DNA of 64,000 nt from Phyllosticta citribraziliensis (lineage: Eukaryota). The DNA is taken from the NCBI RefSeq assembly GCF_038025025.1, contig NW_027117350.1:620001-684000 (forward strand), given 5' to 3'. Every line of letters begins with the position of its first letter. Position 1 is the first letter of the stretch. Below, piece by piece: positions 25,337 to 37,391 of this stretch. Both the position numbers and the translations under genes were made by a program. A model generated the notes under the pieces. That model was not told the DNA's origin, ran no database searches, and saw only the letters and a program-made list of their open reading frames with translations.

Positions 25337-25720
25337 GATTGCGGTAGTCTGTTGGGTTGTGAGGGGTGAGAAGAGTGTGCGACAAAGGCAAGGCAAAAGT
25401 AGCGCGGGCGTGTTGCGGTTGATGTTCGAGATCAGCAGGCGGCCCCCTCCAGCCCGTACGGCAAAGGGTCTCTCTCGGTCTCGGTCCCGGCCCGCAGTTT
25501 CTTCCCTCCGCCGAGTTCTGCCGCTCCGGCGGTGACGGGGATTCGGCGTCCACGCACGTGCAGCGTCGGCGGGCAACAGCCTTCCTATCTGGGCCATAAT
25601 CAAAACAAACAGCCATTTCTCCGTCAACCAGGTCAGCCAAACTCAACACCATCACCACCCGCCCGCACCGTCCCGCGTCCGCCTCACCATCCCAAGCCCA
25701 CCACACCAACTTTTGCGGCC

Positions 25721-28085
25721 ATGTCGCAAGAACCTGGCCTCTTTTCAGTTCGCAGGCCGCGAGAGGTACCGTCACAAACCGCCACGAGCAGCGCCCAACA
25801 GCCGCAGCGCAGCACTCTAAATCGTCATACTGATCGCGACAACATGCAGACCCTCGGCGGCCTCGCCAACAACCTGTCCGCCATCCCCATGCCGAGCTCC
25901 GCGATGAAGCGCTCCAGCTCCAACTCGAACCTCGCGCAAACCCATGGCCGCAACCTCTCCTCCGGCGGCCGCATGTCCTTGGCACCTAGTCGTCCCGCTC
26001 AACCCACATTTCATCGCTCGTCTTCCGGCAACAATCTCGCAGACATGGGTTTCTCCAGCGTCCACCGCAACTCCAACGCAAACGCGTTTGGCAGCGCAAG
26101 TGGCCGGAAAAGCTATGCGCCTAGCGCGACCCCGGCTCACAGCATGGGCGCAATGGACCAAGGATCTCAGAGAAGAAGCAGTGTGTGGAGCAGTGCTAGG
26201 CCTTCTTCAAGCATGCCCGGCCAGATGGGAGGCCACCAGAGCTTCTTCACGACTGCGCCCCCCTCTGCGACGCTTCCTCAGGACCCGCGCAGGCTCAAGG
26301 ACGCGGCCACTCGCGCACAAATGGCGCAGGAACTCATGGAGTACCTGACGCAGTACAACTTTGAAATGGAAATGAAGCATTCGCTTTCGCAAAAGTGCAT
26401 GACTTCACCAACCCAAAAGGACTTCAACTGCATGTTCCAATGGCTCTACCACCGCATCGACCCAAGCTATCGATTCCAAAAGAACATTGACCAGGAGGTC
26501 CCGCCGCTGCTCAAGCAAATGAGATACCCTTTCGAGAAGAGCATCATGAAGTCGCAAATTGCAGCTGTAGGTGGAAACAACTGGCCAACGTTCCTCGGCT
26601 TGTTGCACTGGATGATGCAACTGGCGCGGATGATGGAGCGCTATGCTGCCGGCGAATACGACATGGCTTGCATGGAAGCCGGCTTCGACGTTACGGGTGA
26701 CAAGATCATCTTTCAATTCCTCACGGACGCGTACCGCGACTGGCTCCAAGTGGAGGATGACGCCGAAGACGAAGCCGACCGAATCATTCAAAAGCACGTC
26801 TCCACCATGGCGTCCAAGTTCGACGACGCCAACGCAGAACACCTGAAGCAAGTCGAAATGATGGAAGCCGAGCACAAGGCCCTGCAGGATCAAATCGAGG
26901 AGCTGGGAAAGAACGGACCCCGGATTGCTAGGCTCGACGAGCAAATCAAGATTCTCGAGGAGGACCGCATCAAATTCGAGGACTACAACAAGAAGATGGA
27001 GACCAAGGTCGACAAGTGCCAGAACCGCGTCCAAGTTTTGGACGAGGAAATCAAGAAGATCGAGGCGGAGCTTGAGCAGGTGGAGCAAGAAAAGGGCAGT
27101 CTCCAGGAGATGGTTGACAGGCAAGGCATCACCATCCAGGACATCGACCGCATGAATGCCGAGCGTGAACGTTTGCAAGGAGGCGTCAGGTCTGCCAGCG
27201 AGCGCCTGGACGAGACTAAGAGGAGGATTGCCGACAAGGAGTATGAGGCTACCAGGAAGCTCGATGACCTTGAGCGGACTGTGGAAAAGTACAACACGCT
27301 CGGATACTCGATTGGCATCATGCCCGAAACAGCAACACAGGCCAAGGGCCAGAGTTTTGAGCTCACTCTCACCATCAACGAGACTTCCAACAACTTCAGT
27401 GGCTCGCAGCTTGGCAGTTCGCAGAGCTCAGCGGATCGCCTCCTGAATGAGAGCGGGAATGGGTACCAATATCCTGACGTTCTCAACATCGACCCTCGAC
27501 GAGACCTCAAGGCCAAGATCCTCTCTCTCCGCAACGACATTCGTGACCGCATCAACGCCGCGCAAGAGGCCGACTTTGAAAACAACGAGATGCTCGACAA
27601 GGTCAAGGAAGCCATTGATGACAAGATGGCCGAAGTGGACGCACTCGAACACCGGGTCCGCACTGCCGAGGAAGAATTTGAAAAGACGCGCGAACTCACC
27701 ACGGCCGAGAAGATGCGCCGTGACGCCGAGATTGAGCGCTTCGAGAAGGATTTGGCCAAGCTGCGGGACTCGTTGACGACGAGTCTGCAGATTTTGGAGC
27801 AGCGAGAGATGAACACCAATATCGAGTGAGTTGTTTCGCGTATGGGTTGTAGAGATAAGGGCTAACGTCTGCGATAGGTACGAGCAATTGACTCTGCGCG
27901 CGGCCGAGATTCGCGAGCAGCTGCACACGGAGATTGAGCGCATGCTCAACGACATCATCAAATTCAAGGTACACGTTCAAAAGAGCCTCGAGGACTACGA
28001 GCAGTTTGTCGCCGAGGAGGTGGACAGAGAGTGCGAGGAGCAGCAGCTGGGAGAGGACATGGAAGGTGTCGAAGAGGAGCTGTGA
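25721..28085 (+). CDS. NDC80: Kinetochore protein Ndc80/Hec1; exons 25721-25765, 25850-27825, 27878-28085
   Basis: Disordered N-terminal tail, CH domain ([14 protein letters not shown]...LKQMRYPF...[18 protein letters not shown]) and a long coiled coil. Confidence 0.95.
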
Positions 28086-28597
28086 TTGACTCTCGCTCTG
28101 TGACGACCCTTTTATGTCTCTGGGCATTTTCTTGTCAGCGTGAGCGTTCTCGTTTTGCTGGCCTCTTGTTTTCTTGGTGTGTGGGCTGGTGGTCTTTGTT
28201 TGATTGTTTGATGGATGGATGGATCCTTGACACGGCTTGTCTCTCACGATCTCTGCTTTGCTGGGGGTTTGGCGTTGTAGGGATGGAATTTTCGGAAGGG
28301 ATTGGGTGGGTGGACTTGGATTTGACGATACCTCTTTTCGATTTCTCTCATCATGGCATTGAGAGCTTTCATTCTTCCATGCCTTTGTTTAAAACAACTG
28401 TCGTTTGCTCGTGACCTGGAGCAGATGGTCTGCTGGTGGCGTTTTCCGTTGTTGCTTCCCCAGACGGCGCGGGCCGGCGACGTCACAAACCCATACAGCG
28501 GAACTTGGCCGCCCTCCCTGCTGCCCTGAGCTCCCAGGTCCTGCCCGACAACCTGCCACTCAACATGTAAAACAATTTCACCATACCTCTGTCCACC

Positions 28598-30314
28598 ATG
28601 ACATCGTCAGGCTCGTCCGAAGAGGAGGACGAATACGAGTACCAAAAAGGCGCTCTCACCATCGCCAAGGTACACCACTCCCACCTCGTCGTTTTCCACC
28701 ATCCTTTGACCCCATGCTCAACCGCATCAACCACGTCAAAACACAGGGTCCATGTCAAACATAATAGCTGACATGACATTCTACAGGAAAAACTCCTCCA
28801 ACCCCTTCACATCGCCCTCTCGCCGCCCGCGCGCCGTGCCTACCTCACCACCACTCTTACCCTCATCACATCGACCTTCCTCCTCGTCACCGCGCTCCTC
28901 GCCTACACCCTCTTCTACTACGCCTACATACCCACGCGCGGCTTCAGCATACCTGTCCATTTGCAATTCAATCCTTCGCCTGGCGGCCCCTCGTATCAGA
29001 ACCAGCACGATGAGACCTACAACAATTACAACCAAGGGCAGCTAATGCACCACCCCTTTGGCACGGCGCATTTGCGAGCGGGCCCTGCAGGAGACGGCGG
29101 GCATCGGCTGGTCAGCCAGCAGGCATACGACGTCCGCATCGAGCTGCGCATGCCGCGCACGCGGCGGAATCGCGAGGCGGGCAACTTCATGGTCGAGGTG
29201 GAGCTGTTTGGCCCGGTGCGCCCGCCGATGGTCGACAGCAAGGCGCAACAACAACAAACGGAAGGCTCGGGGGCCGGAGGGTGGGGTGGCAGAGGAGGCG
29301 GCGCCAGGACGAGCGGCGGCGGCTGGGGCACGGCGGTCAGTGCGAGAGGCGCGCCCGCTGTCGAGGGCCGCGATGCGCTGGCGCGCGAGCGTCGGCCGGC
29401 TATCTTGACGTACTACAGCCCGCCGGTGGAGCACGTCATCAAGGCGCTGGAGCTGCCCATGTATCTCGTCGGGTGGCGGCGCGAGGCCGAGACGCTCGAG
29501 GTGCCGATGATGGAGGCGGTGCGGTTTGAGCGCGGCTGGAGGAATCTGCCCGAGGTGGTGCGGGTCGAGGTGCAGGCTGTGGAGAGAGTGCAGGTGTATG
29601 GGTGTGCGGTGGTGTTTGAGGCGCGGTTGCAGGGCTTGCGGTATGTCTCCAGAGTTGGGCGCAGGTGGAAGAGTGAATGCCGTGCTGATACTCTGCGACA
29701 GGTACATCATGTACAACTACCGCGTCATCTCCGTCGTCGTCTTCTCCCTCGTCTTCTGGGCCTTTGAGATGATCTTCATGCTCATCGCCTACTTTGCCCT
29801 TTCCCACTACTTCTCCTCGACGACAGATCCAACCCCCGAGATCAAAAAGGAGGACGGGCAGGGCGACACGGCGACTGTCAAGAAAGAAGCAGAGGACGAC
29901 GAATCCGCCACCGCTACCACCGACGCCCCCGACCTCTCCGACACCCCGCGCACTTTTCCCTCGTACGGCCGCCAACCCACCCTGCGCTACACGTCGCCGC
30001 GCGTCAAGAGCGAGGACGACGCCGAAGGCACCACCACCACCGCCTCCGCCGGCCCTTCTTCCTCTACCCGTCTCGCCGATATTCCACCTCTCGCGCAAAC
30101 GGCGCAGGAAGCCGACGACGAAGACGAGGACGAGGACAACGACGTCTTTATTGATCCCTCGGGCCGCTTCATGGAGCGCGATTCCGGACTCGGCACCAGC
30201 ATGGAGAGTAGTGCTGGTGGTGTGGAGCGCAGAGAGTCGATCCGAAGGCGTCTTTCGGGGCGTTTTAGTGGTAGTGGCTCTGGTGGTGGTGCTGGCGCTG
30301 GTGGGGCGTTGTAG
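28598..30314 (+). CDS. SEI1: Seipin (lipid-droplet biogenesis); exons 28598-28669, 28787-29640, 29702-30314
   Basis: TM1 plus FYYAYIP...PVHLQF, lumenal QAYDVRIELRMPRTRRNREAGNFM, FEARLQGLRYIMYNYR plus TM2, and an acidic tail. Confidence 0.9.
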
Positions 30315-31538
30315 TTGGATGGGAGATGGAATGGTTGGCTGGCTGGTCTGGGGAGAAGAGGGCGGGATGATGAACTGCAATAGTTAATGCTTGTAATTGG
30401 TTCCGCGTTGACGAAAGAACCAAGCGTCTCGTTGTGTATGTATTTGTAGCATGATACCCAGTCGGCAGTAACAGTAGAGAGGTATAACAGTAGAGAGGTG
30501 CAAACAAGCCATTTTCCGTCACTTTAAGTCACTCACTTGCTCTGTTATATGTCCTTACTACTATGCAATTCGACGCGATGAGGAAGCCAACAAACAGGTC
30601 AACCAAGACGGTACAGCAAAGTAAAGGATGATAGCTGCCAGTTTTCACCATTCACACAACCACAACACATTTCTACGCCTCGCTCTGCCAAAATTCAACT
30701 CTGATGGAACCTCTCGTCTGAACATTCACACGTAGCTACATACAGCTCCAACCACACCACACCGCACCGCACCGCATCCTCTGTCCGAACAATTCCAAAA
30801 CACGCAATGCCATTCCACACCTCCCGACTGACTCACCTGCCAGTCCAGTCCAGTCCAGTCCCGTCCACCAACAATGTAAGGCGCAAACGATCCAAGAAAG
30901 CCAGAATGGTCAGCTTACTTCAACTCAACGAAAGTTTTTGGCGATGACGACGAAAGAGAAAATGAGAAAAGAAACGAGAAGAGAGAAGAGAGAGGGAAAA
31001 AAAGGCCAAAGCAGGGTATCACCAAAGCCGCCCGGATTACTCTGTCGAACGTGGAAAACAGGGAGAAAAAGAAGCGAAAAGAACCGGAACATGTGGCTGA
31101 GCTATGTATGTGGTTAGCTTGCTGGTGGTCATCTCGTGTCGTAAACTTCGTGTCTGTACGTTTTTCGTGTCTGCCGTGCCGTCGTGGGGCTGCTGCTGCT
31201 GCTGCTGCTGGGGCGGATGATGCAGGAATAGAAGAACGAACGGGTTGATGGAAATGTAAGGGGGGTATGGTGAGAGGGGAGAGGGGGGAAAGATCTGAGG
31301 AGTACGAGGTGATGTATGCTCCTGGTGTATGCGCGATAGCGGGCATGTACTTGAAGGGTAAGGGCTCCGTGGATTCTTGAGATGATGTCTCCCCTCATGC
31401 TGGCATGCCACGCTGCTGCATGATATGAAGCCTTCTTGACGCATCCCCCGATGCGCAGCGCCGTTAAGATGGCTATCCCCGCGGGAGACCGTGGGCTAGA
31501 TTGACGATGTCGCCGACCTAGAGCAGCAGCCTGCGTGC

Positions 31539-33711
31539 TCAGTACGCCACCCCACTCGCCCTCGCATACCTCCCTTCAACTTCTGCCGGGTCATTCTCCA
31601 CGTGCGCCAGCCACATGCCGATGCGTCCGAGGCCGTTTCTCCTGGCAGTGCCGGCGCCGTCGTCGACAAGGCCAGCCATGACGCTGCTACGTCGCTCGCC
31701 GCCGGACCCCGTCACGCCGGCCATGCCGCGCGCGTACCCCATGCGGCGCGACGGCGCAGCATCCGTCTCCGAGTCCGTCGCGCGGCGGGTCCGCGTCGTC
31801 GTCGTCGTCGTGCGCCGGAGCGTTGCGGGCTCCCGGCGCGACGGGGCTGCAGGCTGGGCAGGGGCGCCAAAGTCGTTCATGTGGTGGTCGGCAGCGTTGC
31901 CGACGTTGATGACCTCGACCGAGACTTCGGTGGGAGGAGCACGGGGAGCAGGCGGGGCTACGCGGCCGCCGTGGGCACGTCGCGGCGCGATGATGTCGTC
32001 GGCTGCGTCGAGAATGATTTGCGTCTGGAGGCGGCGCGCCAGCATCTCGTCGGCGCGCTCGCGCTCACGCTCTCGCATGCTACGTAGCCGTCGGATAGGA
32101 GAGCGCTCCGCGTCGTAAATGGGATGGTGTCGCCGTGGCGCAGGGACCTGGTAGTCTTCCGGAGAGAGCCGTTCCCCTGTTGCCGCTCGTACAGCGCGGT
32201 CTCTTCCACGGCCAGGCTCGTCGTGCTCGATGACGACGTACGGCTCCGGTATTCGCATATCGTGGAGGCGGTCATCGTCTTCCAGACTGGTGTAGTTGAA
32301 CCAGGGACATTCGCACGTTTTCCACTTGGCCCCACAGAGCATGCAGAATTGCGCTTTACAGCGGCAGGTCATATGGTTACATCCTTCTTTTAATTCCACC
32401 ATGGCTTTGCAGTTGTAGCAGCGCTGCCACCCCGCTTCCTTGGCTAGTTCCGTGAAGCGTTGCGTCTCTTCGTCTCGGGGACACTGGCGACGCGTGTGCC
32501 ACTTGCCGTTGCAGAGTACGCACACTTTTGTGCGACAACGCGGACACTTGGCGCACTTGCGACCAGCAACAGAGTCCATTCGAATATGGGAGGGTTTGAT
32601 CCATTCGCCACAGCCACGCGACGGGCAATAGAGGCGATTCTTGGTCGTAAACTCTTGGTACTTTTTGTTCCATAATATCTTGAACTTGGTGTCGAACAAC
32701 CGATCCACATATTTGAGTGGAATGTGGTCTGATGTGCAGCAACGGGGCGGCATGTGTTGCGGGTCTTTGACTGATAGATCAAACTGTCTCTTCAAGCACG
32801 AGTGGCACATTCGATGGCCGCAGGTGAGCTTGGGACATCGTGACGTCCGGACCTCGTCCATGCAAATGACACAATCGTGCTTCTTTTCGGGACTGGGCTG
32901 GGCTGGCGGGACATGGCGAAAGAGGCCGAACAGGCCGCTGTTCCTCCGCTGGTTGGCGGGGGATTCCGAGGATGCGGCGTCGTGGGCGACGGTTGGGACT
33001 TTGGTGGTGCTACTTCTGCGGACTGTGCCTTTGGCCATGACAGGACGCTGGGGATTGCGAGACGAGACGGTTCTGGATCACAAGTCAGCCAGGCAATTCG
33101 CTTCATGTTGGGGAAAGCATGCGGTCCATTACATACCGTCTAGGAGGGTCGGCCCGTGGAGGTGGGGAAGGCTCCCGCTCTACCTCGACAATGTCGACCT
33201 GGTCCAGGCCGTCGTCGACATTGTGTCGTCTGTTGCGCAGGGAGCTCCGGCTGGAGCCCTGGTTGCCGCTGGCTGGAGTGCTGTAGACATAGACGGCGCT
33301 GTCCTTTTCCTCGCGCTCTTTCTTGCTGGGCCGCTTGTCCTTGTCGTCGTCGCGCCGTCTCCGGGTGTAGGCGTACTGGCGCGTCGATCGGCCTTTTTTG
33401 TCTGGCATTTCGGCGGCGGCGGGCTGCTCTCGTCTCCGCTCCGAGGGCGTTGCGCCGTAGTATTCGGCCCTCGCTCGACGCAGCTGGTCAAGGTCCGGGG
33501 CATCGACAATTGGACTCTGGTCACGGCGGCGTCTTTTGTGGTCGTAAGAGTGGCGCTCGCGTTTGGATTTGCGGCGGCGATGGGGTCGGTGGTCGAGGTC
33601 GAGGTCGTCGTAGTAGCTTGGAGGATGCGGATGCTCCTTGCGGCCAAAGAGAGAGGCCACGCCAAACAGGCCACCGGCAGAGGGTCGACGGCCGTGACGG
33701 TGATGGGCCAT
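31539..33711 (-). CDS. RBR (RING1-IBR-RING2) E3 ubiquitin ligase; exons 33711-33137, 33072-31539
   Basis: CVICMD...CGHRMCHSC, YCPSRGC...CPRC...CVLC...H and CYNCKAMVELKEGCNHMTCRC...FCMLC. One GTATGT-CAG intron joins the two ORFs in frame. Confidence 0.92.
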
Positions 33712-34528
33712 GGATGCGTGGTGCTAGCCAGTTGGAGAACAGGAACAGGGCGGTGAGCAGGCGAGCTGCAGATGCAGACCCGGTGCCAGGACTATGACAG
33801 CAATGGCGTGCAGCAGCATCGGGTCGGGCATATAGCAATCGGCAATCCGTCGTTCTTTGTCGGTGGTTTGGGCAACGGCCTCCCAACAGTCTTTTGCTGG
33901 GAGAAAATTCTTTAGTTGATGCACCATGAATGAAACTGGACGTGACATTTCCCTAGACTACTGTAGACCATCCCGCCCACCTCATCCCAGCTTACGGCAC
34001 TCCTCCCGGTTCGCCGAGCGCGTGTAGCGCCATGTCAGCTGAACTCTGCCTCTACTTACCTCAGCGGCTTGCTTCCCGTCGGGCATCCATCGAGAGCAGG
34101 GCTGGGATTCCCTACCACCGACGAGTACGGTAGAATGCAAGTTCCTCCTCCAGGCCCGTTTCGCTGGGTCCACAACGCTAACAAAGACTAGTCGATCCCT
34201 TGCTCCAGTTTATAGGCAGTCCATCTCGTCTGCACCGGCCACCTTGACTTTTACGTACCGTCATGTACAAGGCCAGAGGCATGGCTGCCCCGATTCCTGT
34301 ACAGTGACGTCGAGATACTTAGCATCCCACGCGCAAAAATGCAACTCTCGTTCTTGATTCTCCAATTCCATGCTTGATGTGTTGGCAACCGCTTACCTCG
34401 TGCTTTCAGTCTGCAAAAGGATTCTGCCGGCCCGGGATGCACTCTCCGGTCCGTCCACCGCTCCTCGGCCCCATAGATGCCCAAATGGATCTGATCTCCA
34501 GCCTTGCGGACGGCAAAAAGAAGTGGTT

Positions 34529-34617
34529 TCTCCCCTCCCAGAATCGAACTAGGGACCTTTCGATGGCATTGAATTCCATTACAGTCGAACGTGATAAACC
34601 AACTACACCAAGAGGAG
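34529..34617 (-). tRNA. tRNA-Tyr(GTA) with a 14-nt intron (34565-34578)
   Basis: The reverse complement CTCCTCT-TGGTGTAGTTGGTTTATCAC-G-TTCGA-CTGTAA-[TGGAATTCAATGCC]-ATCGAA-AGGTC-CCTAG-TTCGATT-CTGGG-AGGGGAG-A folds into a cloverleaf. A and B boxes are present, with a T5 terminator about 10 nt downstream and an AT-rich element about 50 nt upstream. Confidence 0.95.
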
Positions 34618-36104
34618 GAACAGCAGTTGTACTGCTGTCTTGGTTGAAGAAGCGCCCCGCTGTTGCAATAAATATACCTAACACTTTTGACGATCTCGCC
34701 TCTGCGATTGTGCTGACACTCATGTGGGTACAAAATCCGTTGAAGAACAACCATGGAACCGATCATGGACTGTGGCGAATGACGGAACCGAGCGTGGTGC
34801 GAGTCGGAGGGATTTTGCTGGTGCTGCTGGGCACAACAACGTAGCCTCTGGGCGGACAGGGGCCAAAAGGCGAATAACTGCTAAACGGTGCAGTAAACAA
34901 ATCTGCTCCTACATTCGGCTGGAAATGGTATTATGCGTTGAAGAGCATTCATAGACAGTGGGGATGCATCTCATGCGTGTCCAGGCGCCGTTTAAAGCAA
35001 GTCGGGACGGCCACAACTAATGCAGCCCTTCTTCATCCTGCAGTCGCAAAACCGTCTCCTTTCATCGCGGCCACTGGATTCAGTCTGCCCTGCCAGCAAT
35101 AGCACCAGCAGAACATGCATAGAGACGCTATCGACATTTGATTCTGCAATCCACATTCGACAACCGTGCCCCCCCAATACAACTCTTCCTCGGCAACAGC
35201 ATGTCTACTCCATACTTTGTCTCCCGTCCTCATTCCCAACACAGCCAAAAATAACCCCCAAGTCATGGGCGTGAAACGCCCAACAGACGCGCCGCGCCGC
35301 GCCGAGCCGTCGAGCTAGTGGGTCATCTGAATGGCATCGGCGAATGCCTTTACACCTGACCTCGATCTCGTGAACTTGACTTTGCTTTTTACCCGTACCG
35401 ACGCGGTTTGCAAAGCTCAGCCAGAAGAATTATCCTAGCGTATCGACAGCAATGCTCAAACGCAAAACACAGTGTTAGGGCTTTTGAGTTCTCTCCGAGT
35501 CTATGCAGTCGCGACAGCGCACAACGTCGACGAGGAAGAGATTACTACTCGCCATTGGTGCCCCCTTCACACAACGAGCAGGCCCACGGAATAAGAGCGC
35601 AATAATATGGCTCTGTATTTGACCGGAAATCCAGGGGTAGAGCCAAGCAGCTTACGCAGTCGTATTCTGGAGCCAAGTGTCGGACATGTCCTATCTCGGG
35701 CTCCACCATGTCGGATAACCTCGCCTCAGGCCGGTGGCCTCAAATATCATATCTGATCATCTGGAAGACAACAACAACGACAACGTCCATCGTCTTTTGC
35801 TCGAGAGTGCGCTTTGCTGAAAGAACCTCCGGTGGTCTGGTTCTGACACAAAAAATCAAAAGAAAAGGAAAAAGAATAAGAAAAAGAAAAAGACTTGTTC
35901 TCCAAAAATCGGCTAGGCTTCCTTTGGAGGAAACGGGGGCTATACCTTTGGAGGCATCACTTCCACCTCATTCAGGCGACGGCGTAGTTCTTCCGTCTGA
36001 CTTTTCTTCGAGAGCGGGGTTTCTAGCTCTCTGGAGTCTCTTGCTTCAACTCGAGCATCAAGGCCTTCCTTTCTCCGCATCGCTCCATCAAGACTGCCAT
36101 CAAA

Positions 36105-37250
36105 ATGGGTTCTCTACCACCATCAACAACAACATCCAAGGTCCTCTTCATCACGGCTGGGCCGCCGACTGCCTCCGCAGAAACGGCCACCCCCACCGTC
36201 ATCGAAAATTGGAACACCAAAATGGAATCCTACCTTCAGATGCCCATCACGCACCTGCGGGAGAGCAGCAACAACACCACAGTAACCATGGCCTCACTGC
36301 TCTCTCCGACCGTCACGCCAGCCTACCTGGCCGCGCAAACGCACATCATCTTCCTCGGCGTCGACTCGTACCACGCGTACCTGCAGCCCTTCATCCGGCT
36401 GCTGACGGCGCTGCTGCCCGCCGCCCAGCGCCTCAACCCCTCGCTGCGCGTCCACAACCCGCCCGCCCTCGTCGCCTGGGACGCAAACAAGACGTACCTG
36501 ACGACGCTGGCAGCTGCCGGCTTCGCTGTCCCGCGCACCACGTTTGTCGAGCCCGGCACGGGGATGGAAGCGCTGGCCCAGCACGTTGCCGCGCAGCACC
36601 CCCACGCCGCAAAGCTGGTCCTCAAGCCCTCGATTGCCGCCAGCGGCGTCGGCACGCACCTGATTGCGGCGCCGCGCGCGCTCAGCGAGGCCGACGGTGC
36701 GGCGCTGCAGGCCATCGGGGCGGCTGCCGCAACCAAAGCGGCCGTGGTGGCGGACGAGGCGGGAAAAGAGAGCGGCACGCGCGCCATGGTCATGGTGCAA
36801 GAGTTCCTACCGGCAATCCAGCCGACGGCGGGAGAGACGGACGAGCGGTGGGGCGAGTGGAGCTTCGTCGTGATCGCGGGCACGGTGGCGCAGGTCGCGC
36901 GCAAGCGGCCGGTGGGCGGCGAGTGGAGGGTCAACTCGGCGTATGGCGGCAGGTCTGAGGTCATGGCCGCGACGGACTCGCGCGTGCCTGCGGCCGGCAG
37001 GGCTGTCGCTGAGGAGCTGTGGCGCTGGTTGGTTCAGCATGAGAAGAGCTTGAAGAGGGGTGGGCCCGCTGAGGGACGCACTGAGCTGCTGTATGCTCGC
37101 GTTGATGGCGTGCTGGGTCTGGATGGCCAGTTTGTTATCATGGAGGCGGAGCTGATTGAGCCGTGGCTCTGGTTGTTTGAAGAAGGGCCAGGCAGGGCGG
37201 GTCTTGATGCCTTTGTGCGAGCAATCCTTGAACCCGAGAAGGAAGCTTAA
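36105..37250 (+). CDS. ATP-grasp ligase, RimK/glutathione-synthetase-like (DcsG-like)
   Basis: Intronless 381-aa ORF with NPPALVAWDANKTYL, VLKPSIAASG, MVQEFLP, GEWS, EWRVNSAYGG, YARVDG and IMEAELIEPWL. Confidence 0.85.
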   Translation: MGSLPPSTTTSKVLFITAGPPTASAETATPTVIENWNTKMESYLQMPITHLRESSNNTTVTMASLLSPTVTPAYLAAQTHIIFLGVDSYHAYLQPFIRLLTALLPAAQRLNPSLRVHNPPALVAWDANKTYLTTLAAAGFAVPRTTFVEPGTGMEALAQHVAAQHPHAAKLVLKPSIAASGVGTHLIAAPRALSEADGAALQAIGAAAATKAAVVADEAGKESGTRAMVMVQEFLPAIQPTAGETDERWGEWSFVVIAGTVAQVARKRPVGGEWRVNSAYGGRSEVMAATDSRVPAAGRAVAEELWRWLVQHEKSLKRGGPAEGRTELLYARVDGVLGLDGQFVIMEAELIEPWLWLFEEGPGRAGLDAFVRAILEPEKEA

Positions 37251-37391
37251 GAGTGTAGTGAAGCGCTTGGGAAACGTACGAGGGGCTCCAGTTCTGGACA
37301 TGGCATACTTTATTAGCAGAGGATTGACAAGGGGAACGTATTCAAATCATTTCTACACACGTATAATCGTAACTCCAGAAGAACAAAGTAT

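Noticed and set aside
26405..27819. Long antisense ORFs opposite NDC80, and similar ones opposite HGH1, the RBR ligase and seipin
   Set aside because: These are the expected shadows of GC-rich, codon-biased sense genes.
30830..31350. Splice-like signals downstream of the RBR ligase on the minus strand
   Set aside because: Donors, branch points and acceptors could not be assembled into a convincing transcript or ORF without RNA data.
34374..34844. 156-aa ORF on the + strand, and overlapping ORFs
   Set aside because: It is the antisense reading of the tRNA-Tyr gene and has no protein motifs.
35708..36958. 416-aa ORF overlapping the ATP-grasp gene in another frame
   Set aside because: It is an Arg/His/Ala-rich off-frame translation; the 36105 frame carries all the conserved motifs.
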